IMG/VR virus record: IMGVR_UViG_3300032246_002821
Location: 1-64,000 of that record
Origin: a virus
Strand: one strand, 5' to 3'
Length of the DNA: 64,000 nucleotides
A program made the position numbers and the translations under genes. This document shows positions 1 through 8,622 of the stretch, piece by piece. Positions within the stretch are counted from its first letter, which is position 1. Each line of letters opens with the position of its first letter. The notes beneath the pieces were generated by a model. The model was given only the letters and a program-made list of their open reading frames with translations, ran no database searches and had not been told where the DNA came from.

Positions 1-2007
1 TCCTTTGCCTTTGAATTCTGGATAAACCTCGGCCACACTACGACCTGTATCAGCATCATATTGGTATACTCCTACTGGGTTGACACCAACACTTAAAGTA
101 GTTGCAAATTTGTTTTTACCTTTTTGTACCTTGAAACTAATTCCATTGTTTTCCGAGCCTTCCGCCACACCTTCGTCGCTTTCATTCTTGACACAGTTGG
201 GATATGTTTTACCAAACATCTTTTTGTTACCCTCTTTGTGGTAACCTTTCCAACATGCTTCATCCAATGTATTTCTTGAATGATCTCCGTGTGTCTGACA
301 CATGCCACAGTCTTCACAGACCATTTCCATCTCTGTGCTTTCATTGTGTTTCTTTTTGCCAGCGCAATGCGCCTTCTGACTAAATCCCTTGGGATGGCTA
401 CAGTTGATGCTGCGCTTGTACTTTTTACTCCAGGATTCTGTGACAACTGCTTCCAGTTCATCTGTGGTGTCGCCGGTCACTTTGTATGTTTTTCCGCGTA
501 CCACAAATGTATCTTTACCTGCTTTAATGGCATTCATTCTGGCATTAGTAAACACATTGGATTCTGCCATACCCTGCTGACCTTTTACAGGTTGCCACAC
601 CGGCACCATCTTCAATCCAGCTTTCTGTGCAGCCAGCGCACGATGGTTGCCGTCCAGGATATATCCTGCATCATCGATCACCAAGGGCTTGTTCTGCAGT
701 ATGGCAGCGATGTTGGGTATCAGTTTGTCCACATGATACAGGTCAGTGTCCTGCACACGGTTATAGGGGTCATAGATGTCATCCTGTTCAGGATCGAATA
801 TATGCAGGCTGCTCACAGGCACATCAGCTTCTGTCCAAAAGGGATGATCTGTTATCACATGATCTATATTAAATTCACCTTCGGGATGGATATGTTTCAC
901 ATACTTCAGGATCTCAGCAGCAGGAAACTGTTTTGCATTTTCAGTTACAGATTCTTGTTTTGCACCTTGTGATAGTGCAGCCCTAATGCGGTCACATTCG
1001 GGCCAACGGATGCCCAGATGTTGCAATACTTCAAAAACCGGAAACAAAGCCTTACCGGCATACTCGTAATCTTTCTTTACCATCTCCAACATACTTTTGA
1101 TGATACCGTGTCTGTGTTGTTGGATCAGTGCTGGCAGTCTGGGTTCTATCTCCAGGATGGATCTGGCCAGGTTTTCTGGGCTTCCAGTATCATAAATGTA
1201 ATCACGCAGATTCAATACAGTGAGATCTGTGGCGCCATCTGCCAGATCTTTATACATATTTTGCACATAACCAATCACAGGATCAGAATCAGGATCATAT
1301 GCTTCACCAACTGCTTTTTGTTGTTTGTTGTACGTCATTGCTTTTTTGACAGTCACAAGCTCTGGCCATTGGAGATCTGCATACATATCATCAATTATGC
1401 TTTCCACTGGTATATCTGATTCGTTCTTGATCACATACAGCAAGCCTTTCATTATCTCTGGCTTTAACTCGTTAAAAGAAGCCCACCAGCTCTGCAGGCA
1501 ATCTCTGTCTGTGTCATAAGCAGTTATCAGATTGTTGAAGGCTTCCCAATAATTTTTCTGATCCAGATAACCCAGGAACTCAGCCACCAATTCATCAGAC
1601 TCTTCTGTGCCTTCTGCCAAAGATTCGTTTTTCTTGGCGTGTTGGAATGCCTTGTCGGCCACAGCTATGATGTGGTCCAGTTCAGGCCAATCAGGTTGTA
1701 ACTCTTTCAGGATCCTATCCACATAATGATGGAAATAGTCGTCCAATTCCCAGTCCCTGGGTATGTGTTGGTTTTTGGCTATCTCCAGCACATATTTCAG
1801 AGCATAAGGCTTCATTATTGCACAAACCTGATCGTGTAATTCAGGATACTCATATTCCAGTCCTGACGTTGCCAGCATCAAAGCATCATCGAAATCAGTT
1901 GCGGCCCACTCTTTTATCTTTGCTATGAAATCGTCAGCGTCATATATTTCGTATGGTTCAGCAAAATCATATGCGAAACTTTCTGCTATCACTTGTTTAA
2001 TCTTCAT
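1..2007 (-). CDS. Large mosaic protein, probably virion-internal, with a ParB/Srx-like domain; runs off the window edge (partial)
   Basis: Absent from the ORF track because it has no stop in the window. Manual translation from ATG 2007 (MKIKQVIAESFAYDF...) is open to base 1. Contains LVIDDAGYILDGNHRALAA (ParB-like DGxHR) and the modules ESWSKKYKRSINCSHPKGFSQKAHCAGKKK and EACWKGYHKEGNKKMFGKTYPNCVK. Confidence 0.8.
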   Translation of the reverse strand, partial: MKIKQVIAESFAYDFAEPYEIYDADDFIAKIKEWAATDFDDALMLATSGLEYEYPELHDQVCAIMKPYALKYVLEIAKNQHIPRDWELDDYFHHYVDRILKELQPDWPELDHIIAVADKAFQHAKKNESLAEGTEESDELVAEFLGYLDQKNYWEAFNNLITAYDTDRDCLQSWWASFNELKPEIMKGLLYVIKNESDIPVESIIDDMYADLQWPELVTVKKAMTYNKQQKAVGEAYDPDSDPVIGYVQNMYKDLADGATDLTVLNLRDYIYDTGSPENLARSILEIEPRLPALIQQHRHGIIKSMLEMVKKDYEYAGKALFPVFEVLQHLGIRWPECDRIRAALSQGAKQESVTENAKQFPAAEILKYVKHIHPEGEFNIDHVITDHPFWTEADVPVSSLHIFDPEQDDIYDPYNRVQDTDLYHVDKLIPNIAAILQNKPLVIDDAGYILDGNHRALAAQKAGLKMVPVWQPVKGQQGMAESNVFTNARMNAIKAGKDTFVVRGKTYKVTGDTTDELEAVVTESWSKKYKRSINCSHPKGFSQKAHCAGKKKHNESTEMEMVCEDCGMCQTHGDHSRNTLDEACWKGYHKEGNKKMFGKTYPNCVKNESDEGVAEGSENNGISFKVQKGKNKFATTLSVGVNPVGVYQYDADTGRSVAEVYPEFKGKG

Positions 2008-2009
2008 GA

Positions 2010-2852
2010 TTATACACCATACTGCTTCATTAGATTCATCAGATCTTCCACTGGTGTACCAGCTGCCAGGTTCTCATCTGTCCAGTTACCCAGTGTCATT
2101 ATCTGTTTCATGCTCAGTTGTGGATTGTTCTTCTTGTAGAAATCCACGATGGGTTTCTTGGCCCAGTCTGGTATGGCATTCACACCCACATTGCGGTCAT
2201 CTTCCTGTGCCAATTGGCCTGAATCGATATGCAACTGATGGCGTTGCTTGGTAGCTTTGTCATATACCACAAACAGGTTATCGCTCTTGTCATAATGAGC
2301 AAACATATTGTTCTTGTTGGCACTGGTGCACCAGCGAGTGCCTTGTCCTATGAAACAGGCGGCCTTCTGTGTAGTGGGTATACGGATCCAACCTTCTGGT
2401 CCGTTATATACAGTGATCAGTTCTTTCTTTACCGCTTCCAGTTCGGCTGCTTTCTGTGCAGCTTCTGGGTCGGCAGCAGGTTGATTCTGGAATTGTGCTA
2501 TCACATCATATAAGTCAGCAAAGCTCTTGTACTGATTGATGTCTTTGTTTGCGATGCGGGCTTTGTTCTGTTCGAACGCTTGCAGGTCTTGTCCCACACG
2601 ATCCAGATCTTCCGGACGATTCTGTTGTGGTGCTTTGACTATAAGACCAGCCATCCAGGGCATATAGATGCCTTTCTGGCTGGGATCCACATCGCCCAGC
2701 TTTTCCAGGAACGCATCCAGGTCTTTATATCCTGGTAGACCACGCCAGGTCTGCTCCAGTTTTTGTTTGATGAATGCGGCGCGATTGGCCTTCTGGCCCA
2801 CCAGTTCTTCATCCAATCTGTAAAAATTCGTCCACAGTTCCAGTATTTTCAT
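2010..2852 (-). CDS. Conserved jumbo-phage protein (GTRWCTS motif, PcfJ-like), probably virion-internal
   Basis: 280-aa ORF with MKILEL...LDEE N-terminus and KDINQYKSF and GTRWCTSA motifs; ATAAATA motif upstream at 2876-2882. Confidence 0.55.
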   Translation of the reverse strand: MKILELWTNFYRLDEELVGQKANRAAFIKQKLEQTWRGLPGYKDLDAFLEKLGDVDPSQKGIYMPWMAGLIVKAPQQNRPEDLDRVGQDLQAFEQNKARIANKDINQYKSFADLYDVIAQFQNQPAADPEAAQKAAELEAVKKELITVYNGPEGWIRIPTTQKAACFIGQGTRWCTSANKNNMFAHYDKSDNLFVVYDKATKQRHQLHIDSGQLAQEDDRNVGVNAIPDWAKKPIVDFYKKNNPQLSMKQIMTLGNWTDENLAAGTPVEDLMNLMKQYGV

Positions 2853-2901
2853 CAGTGCCGATCCATTTGATCTGATATTTATCTGGCTTAATCATATTAA
2901 G

Positions 2902-2929
2902 TTGACTTGTGTCTGCATCATGTTATTAT
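2902..2929 (+). promoter_or_regulatory. Sigma70-type promoter
   Basis: TTGACT-N16-TATTAT with TG at the extended -10 position, upstream of GGAGG and ATG 2951. Confidence 0.65.
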
Positions 2930-2950
2930 GATATATGACAGGAGGCACAG

Positions 2951-3088
2951 ATGTATAACAGTATCGCAGATATACCTGCTTGGTTGGCCGATTATATGGA
3001 GACCATAAGCAAGCTACCCATCACTGAAATCGGTGTGGATGACGTCAATGCCATAGTCGAACTTTTGACCCAGGCTGGCGGGGAATAA
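2951..3088 (+). CDS. Small hypothetical protein (45 aa)
   Basis: GGAGG SD, then MYNSIADIPAWLADYMETISKLP...GGE*; directly precedes the methyltransferase. Confidence 0.6.
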   Translation: MYNSIADIPAWLADYMETISKLPITEIGVDDVNAIVELLTQAGGE

Positions 3089-3099
3089 TAATTATCTGT

Positions 3100-4314
3100 A
3101 TGGAAAATTGTAAACCCCTTAAAAAATGTCTGTGCTGTGGTAACACAGCACTCCACCTGGTGTTGGATATGGGCCAACAACCTCTAGCAAACAGCTTCAA
3201 AGCCACAGCCACCGAAGCAGAAGATGCATATCCGCTGGCAGTGAACTATTGTCCAGATTGCAGCCATCTGCAACTCACACACGCCGTGGCTCCTGAGATC
3301 ATGTTCAAAAACTACCTGTATGTGTCAGGCACCAGCCTGACTATGCAGAATTATTTCCAATGGTTCGCAGGATTTGTCACGGAATATTTTCCCGAGGTTA
3401 AACCCAGGACAGTGCTGGAGATCGGCTGTAATGACGGTAGCCAGCTGAATTATTTCAAACGTTATGGGCTGGACACATATGGCATAGATCCTGCGGAAAA
3501 CATCTATCCCATCAGCAGCCGGAATCACAAGATCATATGTGATTTTTTCACACCTGAAAGTGCTGCCCAGATAGACAAGATCCCAGACATCATCTATGCA
3601 CAGAACGTGTTCGCACACCAGGATGATCCTGAAACGTTCCTGAAACTGTGCAAGCAAGTGATGGGTACCAGCAGCCTGTTGTTCATACAGAACAGCCAGA
3701 GCGCAATGATAGCCAACAACGAATTCGACACTATCTATCACGAGCATCGCAACTTCTTTAACGTGCTGAGTATGCGTACACTGGCACAGAATGTGGGACT
3801 CAATCTGATAGATGTGTTCCGTGGCACCATCCACGGTGGATCAGACATCTTCGTGTTCAGTAGCTATCGCAGCAGCCCAGCACGTATTCAGGGCCTGGTG
3901 GATATGGAACGTGCTGCTGGACTACACGATATCAAGACCTATACAGATTGGGCTACCAGAGCACGTGAGACCACGGAGCAGCTGGCTATGGTGCTGGATG
4001 GTCAGCGTAAATACCATAACCATTTGATAGTGGGATATGGTGCTCCGGCCAAAGGTAATACACTTTTGAACTATGGTAAGATATCGCTGGATTTCATCAT
4101 CGATGACAACCCCCTGAAACAGGGCAAGTTTACTCCTGGGCAAAGCATACCAGTTGCGACCATAGATGAGCTGAAAAAATATCCGGATCGCAGCATATGC
4201 TTCGTGCCATTGGCTTGGAATTTCTTCGATGAGATCCGTGGCAGGATCAAAAAAGTCAGGAACAACAAAAATGACACATTTGTACGATATTTTCCAGATA
4301 TCACAATTCAATAA
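3100..4314 (+). CDS. NDP-hexose C-methyltransferase (Zn-binding N-terminus, SAM domain, C-terminal domain)
   Basis: CLCCG and YCPDCSHLQL Zn motifs, LEIGCNDG SAM motif, FDTIYHEH, GYGAPAKGNTLLN, IIDDNPLKQG. Confidence 0.9.
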   Translation: MENCKPLKKCLCCGNTALHLVLDMGQQPLANSFKATATEAEDAYPLAVNYCPDCSHLQLTHAVAPEIMFKNYLYVSGTSLTMQNYFQWFAGFVTEYFPEVKPRTVLEIGCNDGSQLNYFKRYGLDTYGIDPAENIYPISSRNHKIICDFFTPESAAQIDKIPDIIYAQNVFAHQDDPETFLKLCKQVMGTSSLLFIQNSQSAMIANNEFDTIYHEHRNFFNVLSMRTLAQNVGLNLIDVFRGTIHGGSDIFVFSSYRSSPARIQGLVDMERAAGLHDIKTYTDWATRARETTEQLAMVLDGQRKYHNHLIVGYGAPAKGNTLLNYGKISLDFIIDDNPLKQGKFTPGQSIPVATIDELKKYPDRSICFVPLAWNFFDEIRGRIKKVRNNKNDTFVRYFPDITIQ

Positions 4315-4360
4315 ATATATCGATAGTTTTTACAAAACAGTCAAACCGGAGCAAAACACA

Positions 4361-4681
4361 ATGCGTGTGGAAGAAATCATTTCAGAGGCAGACGAACCAC
4401 TGTTCATCGGTGGACATCGTGTTCCACGTAGCCATCCCATGTATGATGTGCTGATGCGTAAGGCTGCTGAGATTAAGGCACAGGAAGAACCAGCTGCAGA
4501 AGAACCACGTAAGAAACCACGTATGAGTGTTCGTGCTGCCAGTAGAGAAGTACCAGAGGAACCTGTAGCTGAACCTGTAAAAGAACCAGAAAAGAAATCA
4601 GACTGGAGCCTGGGTGGTGTGGATGCCATGCACCAGGCAGCACACAGACAGAAAAAAGACAGATACTGGCCACACAGATGA
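4361..4681 (+). CDS. Hypothetical late protein, probably virion-internal
   Basis: GGAG SD before ATG 4361 (MRVEEIISEA); ATAAATA at 4311. The ORF-track start at 4229 is an upstream extension. Confidence 0.65.
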   Translation: MRVEEIISEADEPLFIGGHRVPRSHPMYDVLMRKAAEIKAQEEPAAEEPRKKPRMSVRAASREVPEEPVAEPVKEPEKKSDWSLGGVDAMHQAAHRQKKDRYWPHR

Positions 4682-5295
4682 GGGCTAAAGAATTCATATC
4701 CGAATCGGATACAGATGACAAAATAGATAAACCAAAACAAACGCAGCAACCAGAATTGCCGTTTGGGAAGGGTCCGGGTATACCTTTAGATCAACACAAT
4801 ATGACCGAACCTAAAAAGATAGAACCTTTCGATCCCCTCAATGCCATAGCACAGCTGCCTGTACCTGCATCATCAGGAGCATCTGGTAAAAATACAGGAC
4901 CTGCTCCCAATCTGGGCCCAGCTGTCAAGAATGTAGTGGTGCCACCACCAGAACAAGGTGGATTGCTCAATGGCAGGGTGCCAGCTAAACCAGAAGATGT
5001 GACGCATGGTTACAGGAACATGCATCCAGCAGAACTGCAAGGGGCACAGAGTTCAGGATATTTTGAAAAGAATCCCAATCCCAGTCCCAGGATAGATTGG
5101 CCAGCAGACAACAAATATTGGGCATCAGGCGATTCCCAAGGGCATTTTGGTCGCGATTGGAAAAACAAAGAAGATAATGTCAGAGTTCGTGTACCAGTAG
5201 GGATGATTCCCGATGAAACGGCGGTAGATGTAAATCACGCAGAAATTTATAACAAAAATACTGGTGAATGGATGCCAGCTGCAAATTTTAAATAA
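4678..5295 (+). CDS. Hypothetical late protein with a Pro-rich linker and a possible ART-like C-terminal domain
   Basis: ATGA overlap with the previous gene; MRAKEFISES N-terminus; HGYRNMHPAELQGAQSSGYF...KYWAS. Confidence 0.6.
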   Translation: MRAKEFISESDTDDKIDKPKQTQQPELPFGKGPGIPLDQHNMTEPKKIEPFDPLNAIAQLPVPASSGASGKNTGPAPNLGPAVKNVVVPPPEQGGLLNGRVPAKPEDVTHGYRNMHPAELQGAQSSGYFEKNPNPSPRIDWPADNKYWASGDSQGHFGRDWKNKEDNVRVRVPVGMIPDETAVDVNHAEIYNKNTGEWMPAANFK

Positions 5296-5321
5296 AAAAA
5301 ACCGGCGCTAGCCGGTTTTTT
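5294..5321. terminator. Bidirectional intrinsic terminator
   Basis: A8-CCGGC-GCTA-GCCGG-T6 between convergent transcription units. Confidence 0.85.
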
Positions 5322-5576
5322 CCTTATACAATACCCTGCTCTAACCCGGGCCAGGTCCAGCTACCCAGATGCTTCAGTTGATGCAAATGGGCCTAGTTTG
5401 CCATTGTATGTAAACTGATACACAATACCCTTCAGATACTCTTGATATCTCCTATGGGCCACGATTTGGCTTCTGATCCGCCGGATCAGTGTTAGTTCAA
5501 GCCATTGTGTATCCACGCAAACAGATCCGGGCTCCTACAGCTCAGATCGCCTCCCCCGTCAGAGGGGGGTTTCAGT
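5322..5576 (-). ncRNA. Candidate structured ncRNA with two tandem similar domains (unknown family)
   Basis: No credible ORF. Stems 5417-5426/5504-5513 and 5326-5332/5403-5409 close two units that share ACAAUGGC..AACUA and AGGGUAUUGU; further hairpins lie inside and upstream. Confidence 0.5.
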
Positions 5577-5939
5577 TCAGGCGTTGCGTGTGATGTAATT
5601 GATACGAACCTTGTCCGCACCAAAATATTCTTTGACCACAGCGATGACATCGTCGATCTCGTAGGTCTTGCAACTGAACACATCCAGGTACATGGTGTTG
5701 TCACGTTCCACAAAGTGAGCAGCCAGGTTGCTGGTCTCGATCAACTGCATCATACTGTAACCAGCCTTGCCAGGATCGTGTGTAGCGAATCGTGCTACGA
5801 TAGGTTCACCGTAAGCGACCATATCGATCCTACGAATTAATTCTTTAGTGAAAGCAGTGATGTTGTCTCCGTCGCTGATCTTGGCATTGTCGCAGCCAGA
5901 GCAGTCGAGAAGGAGGTGAAATCCCCAGTATGTTGACAT
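5577..5939 (-). CDS. speD: Pyruvoyl-dependent S-adenosylmethionine decarboxylase family proenzyme
   Basis: GFHLLLDCSGC, QLIETSNLAAHF (processing Ser) and YLDVFSCK motifs. Confidence 0.85.
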   Translation of the reverse strand: MSTYWGFHLLLDCSGCDNAKISDGDNITAFTKELIRRIDMVAYGEPIVARFATHDPGKAGYSMMQLIETSNLAAHFVERDNTMYLDVFSCKTYEIDDVIAVVKEYFGADKVRINYITRNA

Positions 5940-5990
5940 TATGTCCTCCAGTAATAGAAATATATTTATTATCTACATAGATAATCGGTT

Positions 5991-6542
5991 TTATTTTGGC
6001 CAGCGGCCCATCTTATTGAAACAATCGTTCAACCTGATGATCTGATTCAAGCAATCATATAGTGCGTGATGCTTGGCTGCTTTGGGCATCTGATGATCAG
6101 GTACCATCTGATAGATGGTTCGTGCATCTCTCACTTGCCAGAACTGCCAGGCGTTGCGGATATTGTGAGTCTTGTTGGCTGATTCCAGGATTGGAAAGTC
6201 GAACGCTGAGCCATTGGCCCAGTAACGATCCGCGCCAGAAGCCCAGGCTTCCAAAGCAATCAGCGCATCGGACAGTGGAAAACGATCAGCTTCACCGAAC
6301 GCTTCTTCGCGGATTAACGGCGCCTGCTGTGCCCACCAATTCATAGTGTCATCACTGACAGTACGACCAGGTTGTTCCAGATCAACACGAGTATAGAAGT
6401 AATCCAGAGTGAAAGGATCTGCAACGTCAGAATAATCTTTGTTGTTGTCGAAACGAATAGCAGCAATGGTCAAAATTGCAGCCTGCGGGTCAGTGGCAAC
6501 TGTTTCCAGATCCACCATAATATCTCTGGGTTTTATAATCAT
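5991..6542 (-). CDS. DEDDh 3'-5' exonuclease (Rv2179c-like)
   Basis: DIMVDLET, WANGSAFDFPIL, VRDARTI and HHALYDC motifs. Confidence 0.85.
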   Translation of the reverse strand: MIIKPRDIMVDLETVATDPQAAILTIAAIRFDNNKDYSDVADPFTLDYFYTRVDLEQPGRTVSDDTMNWWAQQAPLIREEAFGEADRFPLSDALIALEAWASGADRYWANGSAFDFPILESANKTHNIRNAWQFWQVRDARTIYQMVPDHQMPKAAKHHALYDCLNQIIRLNDCFNKMGRWPK

Positions 6543-6547
6543 AATCC

Positions 6548-6575
6548 ACTATAACATATTATGCAGATAAGTCAA
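6548..6575 (-). promoter_or_regulatory. Sigma70-type promoter
   Basis: TTGACT-N16-TATAGT on the minus strand, upstream of the exonuclease. Confidence 0.65.
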
Positions 6576-6624
6576 AGTTTTTCTGCAGTTTTCCAATAAA
6601 TAAAGTCGTAGCTGGGAATCAACA

Positions 6625-6765
6625 ATGAGTCGTCAAGAATGGCAGATATTACGCAGACACTTTCCTAATTATTTGGCCTGCCCTTATTCATGGGCCGGGG
6701 TGATATTCGGAAGTGTATCTGGTGTATTGTTATTGGAGATCATCCTGCATTTTTGTTCGAGATGA
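6625..6765 (+). CDS. Small membrane protein (46 aa)
   Basis: MSRQEWQILRRHFPNY...GVIFGSVSGVLLLEIILHF; follows ATAAATA at 6596. Confidence 0.45.
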   Translation: MSRQEWQILRRHFPNYLACPYSWAGVIFGSVSGVLLLEIILHFCSR

Positions 6766-6768
6766 ACC

Positions 6769-7050
6769 ATGGATATGTTCTTTAAATTAGTAGCAGACGT
6801 AGGTTTCCCCATAGCAGCAGCTTGCGCTATGGGTTATTTCATCTTTCTTACCATCAAATTCATCCTAGCAGGCGTCACAGGGTCTGTCAACGGATTGAAA
6901 GGTATCATCATGGCACTGGATAATCGTGTCAAGACAATGAATCACGATGTTATCAGGATTGACACACTTATGAGCAATGCGCTAGGCGTCAAGCCAGACG
7001 TGGACCGTATCGCCAGAGCAGACGGTAAGAATGATGCGAGGAGAGATTGA
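6769..7050 (+). CDS. Single-TM coiled-coil membrane protein (GFPI motif, YvrJ-like)
   Basis: VADVGFPIAAACAMGYFIF, then LDNRVKTMNHDVIRIDT; paralog of 7296-7775. Confidence 0.65.
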   Translation: MDMFFKLVADVGFPIAAACAMGYFIFLTIKFILAGVTGSVNGLKGIIMALDNRVKTMNHDVIRIDTLMSNALGVKPDVDRIARADGKNDARRD

Positions 7051-7296
7051 TGGATAACCAGACAGTAGCACTAGTTTTTTTTGCTATCTGGGGTTATTTG
7101 TTTATAGAAGAATTTATTAGTTATTTTTTGGGTCACTGATATGATAAAAATTATTAAAAAACATATAGATAATGATATAAAAGAAATTCAAGATGCGTGG
7201 AACAATATGGACACATTTAGTCACGTGTTAGTTATATTGTTTGTGACACTTATATTCATGACCACCGATATGATAATGCACAGGATCCACTTCTGA
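7050..7296 (+). CDS. Two tiny membrane ORFs (7050-7139, 29 aa; 7141-7296, 51 aa)
   Basis: Translationally coupled ORFs, each with one hydrophobic stretch. Confidence 0.4.
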
Positions 7297-7775
7297 TGGA
7301 TATCGCAGAACTCGTCAATAAGTTTGGTTTTCCCATCATCGCAGCAGGGGGTATGGGATACATCATCTATACCATCTGGATATGGGCCACTGTGGAGATT
7401 AAACCTGTATTAAGCGAAGCAAATACCACACTGATAGCACTGATCGACCGCATACGTATGCTGGACAATGATCTGATCAGATTGAACCAGAAATTAAACA
7501 TAGTGCTACAGTTGCGTGGCAAGCAGATCGAAAGTGATAGACACTTGGAAGATGTCAGAAACTCCAGTGAAGCACAGAAGAAAGAACTGCAGGCTGCTGC
7601 TGAACAGAGACAGGCCGCTGAAGAGTTGGCACATCAACACACCGTGGAAGTGAAACCCAACGGCACCGTCGAAGTCACAGAAAAAAACGGAATAGATACT
7701 GTTAAAGTGAGTGTCTCACCTCAAGAAAACAAGGAAAAAGTCAATGGCACAACCAATAAACGAAACCCAAGCTAA
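7296..7775 (+). CDS. Single-TM coiled-coil membrane protein (GFPI motif, YvrJ-like)
   Basis: VNKFGFPIIAAGGMGYII...LIDRIRMLDNDLIRL. Confidence 0.65.
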   Translation: MDIAELVNKFGFPIIAAGGMGYIIYTIWIWATVEIKPVLSEANTTLIALIDRIRMLDNDLIRLNQKLNIVLQLRGKQIESDRHLEDVRNSSEAQKKELQAAAEQRQAAEELAHQHTVEVKPNGTVEVTEKNGIDTVKVSVSPQENKEKVNGTTNKRNPS

Positions 7776-8019
7776 AGATGTAGCTGATGCTAGATCAAAA
7801 CAACATGAGCTGCTTCACGGCAGTGACAAAACCGCTGCTCATTTCATATATTGGTTCAGTTGGTTCTGGAGTGCCGTGAGTGCATTTTATTTCTTTGCGG
7901 TGACTTTCGTACCCATGCCCAAGGACAGCCAACATTTTGCAGATATCATTTTGGGTTTCCTCTTGGGTACGGCTGTGGCCACGATCATAGGTTACTTCTT
8001 CGGCAACAGCAAGGAGTGA
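7744..8019 (+). CDS. Putative holin-like 2-TM protein
   Basis: Two TM segments ending ILGFLLGTAVATIIGYFFGNS, a YFFG-S type holin-like terminus; likely start MAQP at 7744. Confidence 0.5.
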   Translation: MAQPINETQAKDVADARSKQHELLHGSDKTAAHFIYWFSWFWSAVSAFYFFAVTFVPMPKDSQHFADIILGFLLGTAVATIIGYFFGNSKE

Positions 8020-8156
8020 TGATGGGCGGAAATTTCGGTAACATACACGATTTATGGGCTTTTGGATATCGCTTACCCATCAATGATGCCATATTCCTGG
8101 GCACAATGGCAGCACTGCTACTCGTGGCACTTATATGCGTAGCTTTGAAAATATAA
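8019..8156 (+). CDS. Small membrane protein
   Basis: TGATG coupling; MMGGNFG...AIFLGTMAALLLVALICVALKI. Confidence 0.45.
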   Translation: MMGGNFGNIHDLWAFGYRLPINDAIFLGTMAALLLVALICVALKI

Positions 8157-8174
8157 TAGTTAATAAATACTTGT

Positions 8175-8600
8175 ATGGCAATACAGGATATGGATCCAGA
8201 AAAAGCATTAAAAACTGGAGAAAAATGGGGTAAGACACTTGCCTCAGCAATCTTCGACGTGACTGACGTGTTGCGTGACGGCAAGAACATGAAGGCTGCC
8301 GCTAATGCTAAGATGAAACAACAAAATGCTATGACTGCTGCAAACAATGCTGTGATCAAAGCTAAAAACGAAGCCTACCTTAAACAAAAGCAAGAAGAAG
8401 CGTTCATGAAAATGAGCCACAGCGAGCGCGAAGCCTATAAGAAAATAATGAAAGAACAACGCATTGCTAGCACAGTGAAACAGGCACAGCAGGATGAGAT
8501 GCTGGGCGTTGGTCATTTGATGCTGATAATATTGGGCGTGGCGACCGTGGCGGTGGCTGCTTTCTTCGGTGCAGTGGCATTTGGTGTGATCCACAGATAA
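8175..8600 (+). CDS. Coiled-coil protein with a C-terminal TM anchor
   Basis: 141-aa ORF; ATAAATA at 8163; hydrophobic C-terminus. Confidence 0.65.
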   Translation: MAIQDMDPEKALKTGEKWGKTLASAIFDVTDVLRDGKNMKAAANAKMKQQNAMTAANNAVIKAKNEAYLKQKQEEAFMKMSHSEREAYKKIMKEQRIASTVKQAQQDEMLGVGHLMLIILGVATVAVAAFFGAVAFGVIHR

Positions 8601-8622
8601 GTAATCTAAAAGGATCAACAAA

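Noticed and set aside
93-1519. ORF-track entries 93-461, 280-972, 1018-1419 and neighbours
   Set aside because: They are shadows of the real minus-strand ORF 2007 to <1, which has recognisable motifs and no stop in the window.
5350-5520. Small ORF VDTQWLEL...EASG* in the same interval
   Set aside because: No clear SD, weak start, and the internal repeat is out of frame; cannot be fully excluded.
5322-5576. Twister/pistol ribozyme, c-di-GMP or SAM riboswitch, 6S RNA, SRP RNA or retron msr-msd
   Set aside because: Only fragments match (CUAACACUG, GGCAAAC); required partner motifs are missing and no reverse transcriptase is in the window. Kept as an unknown RNA.
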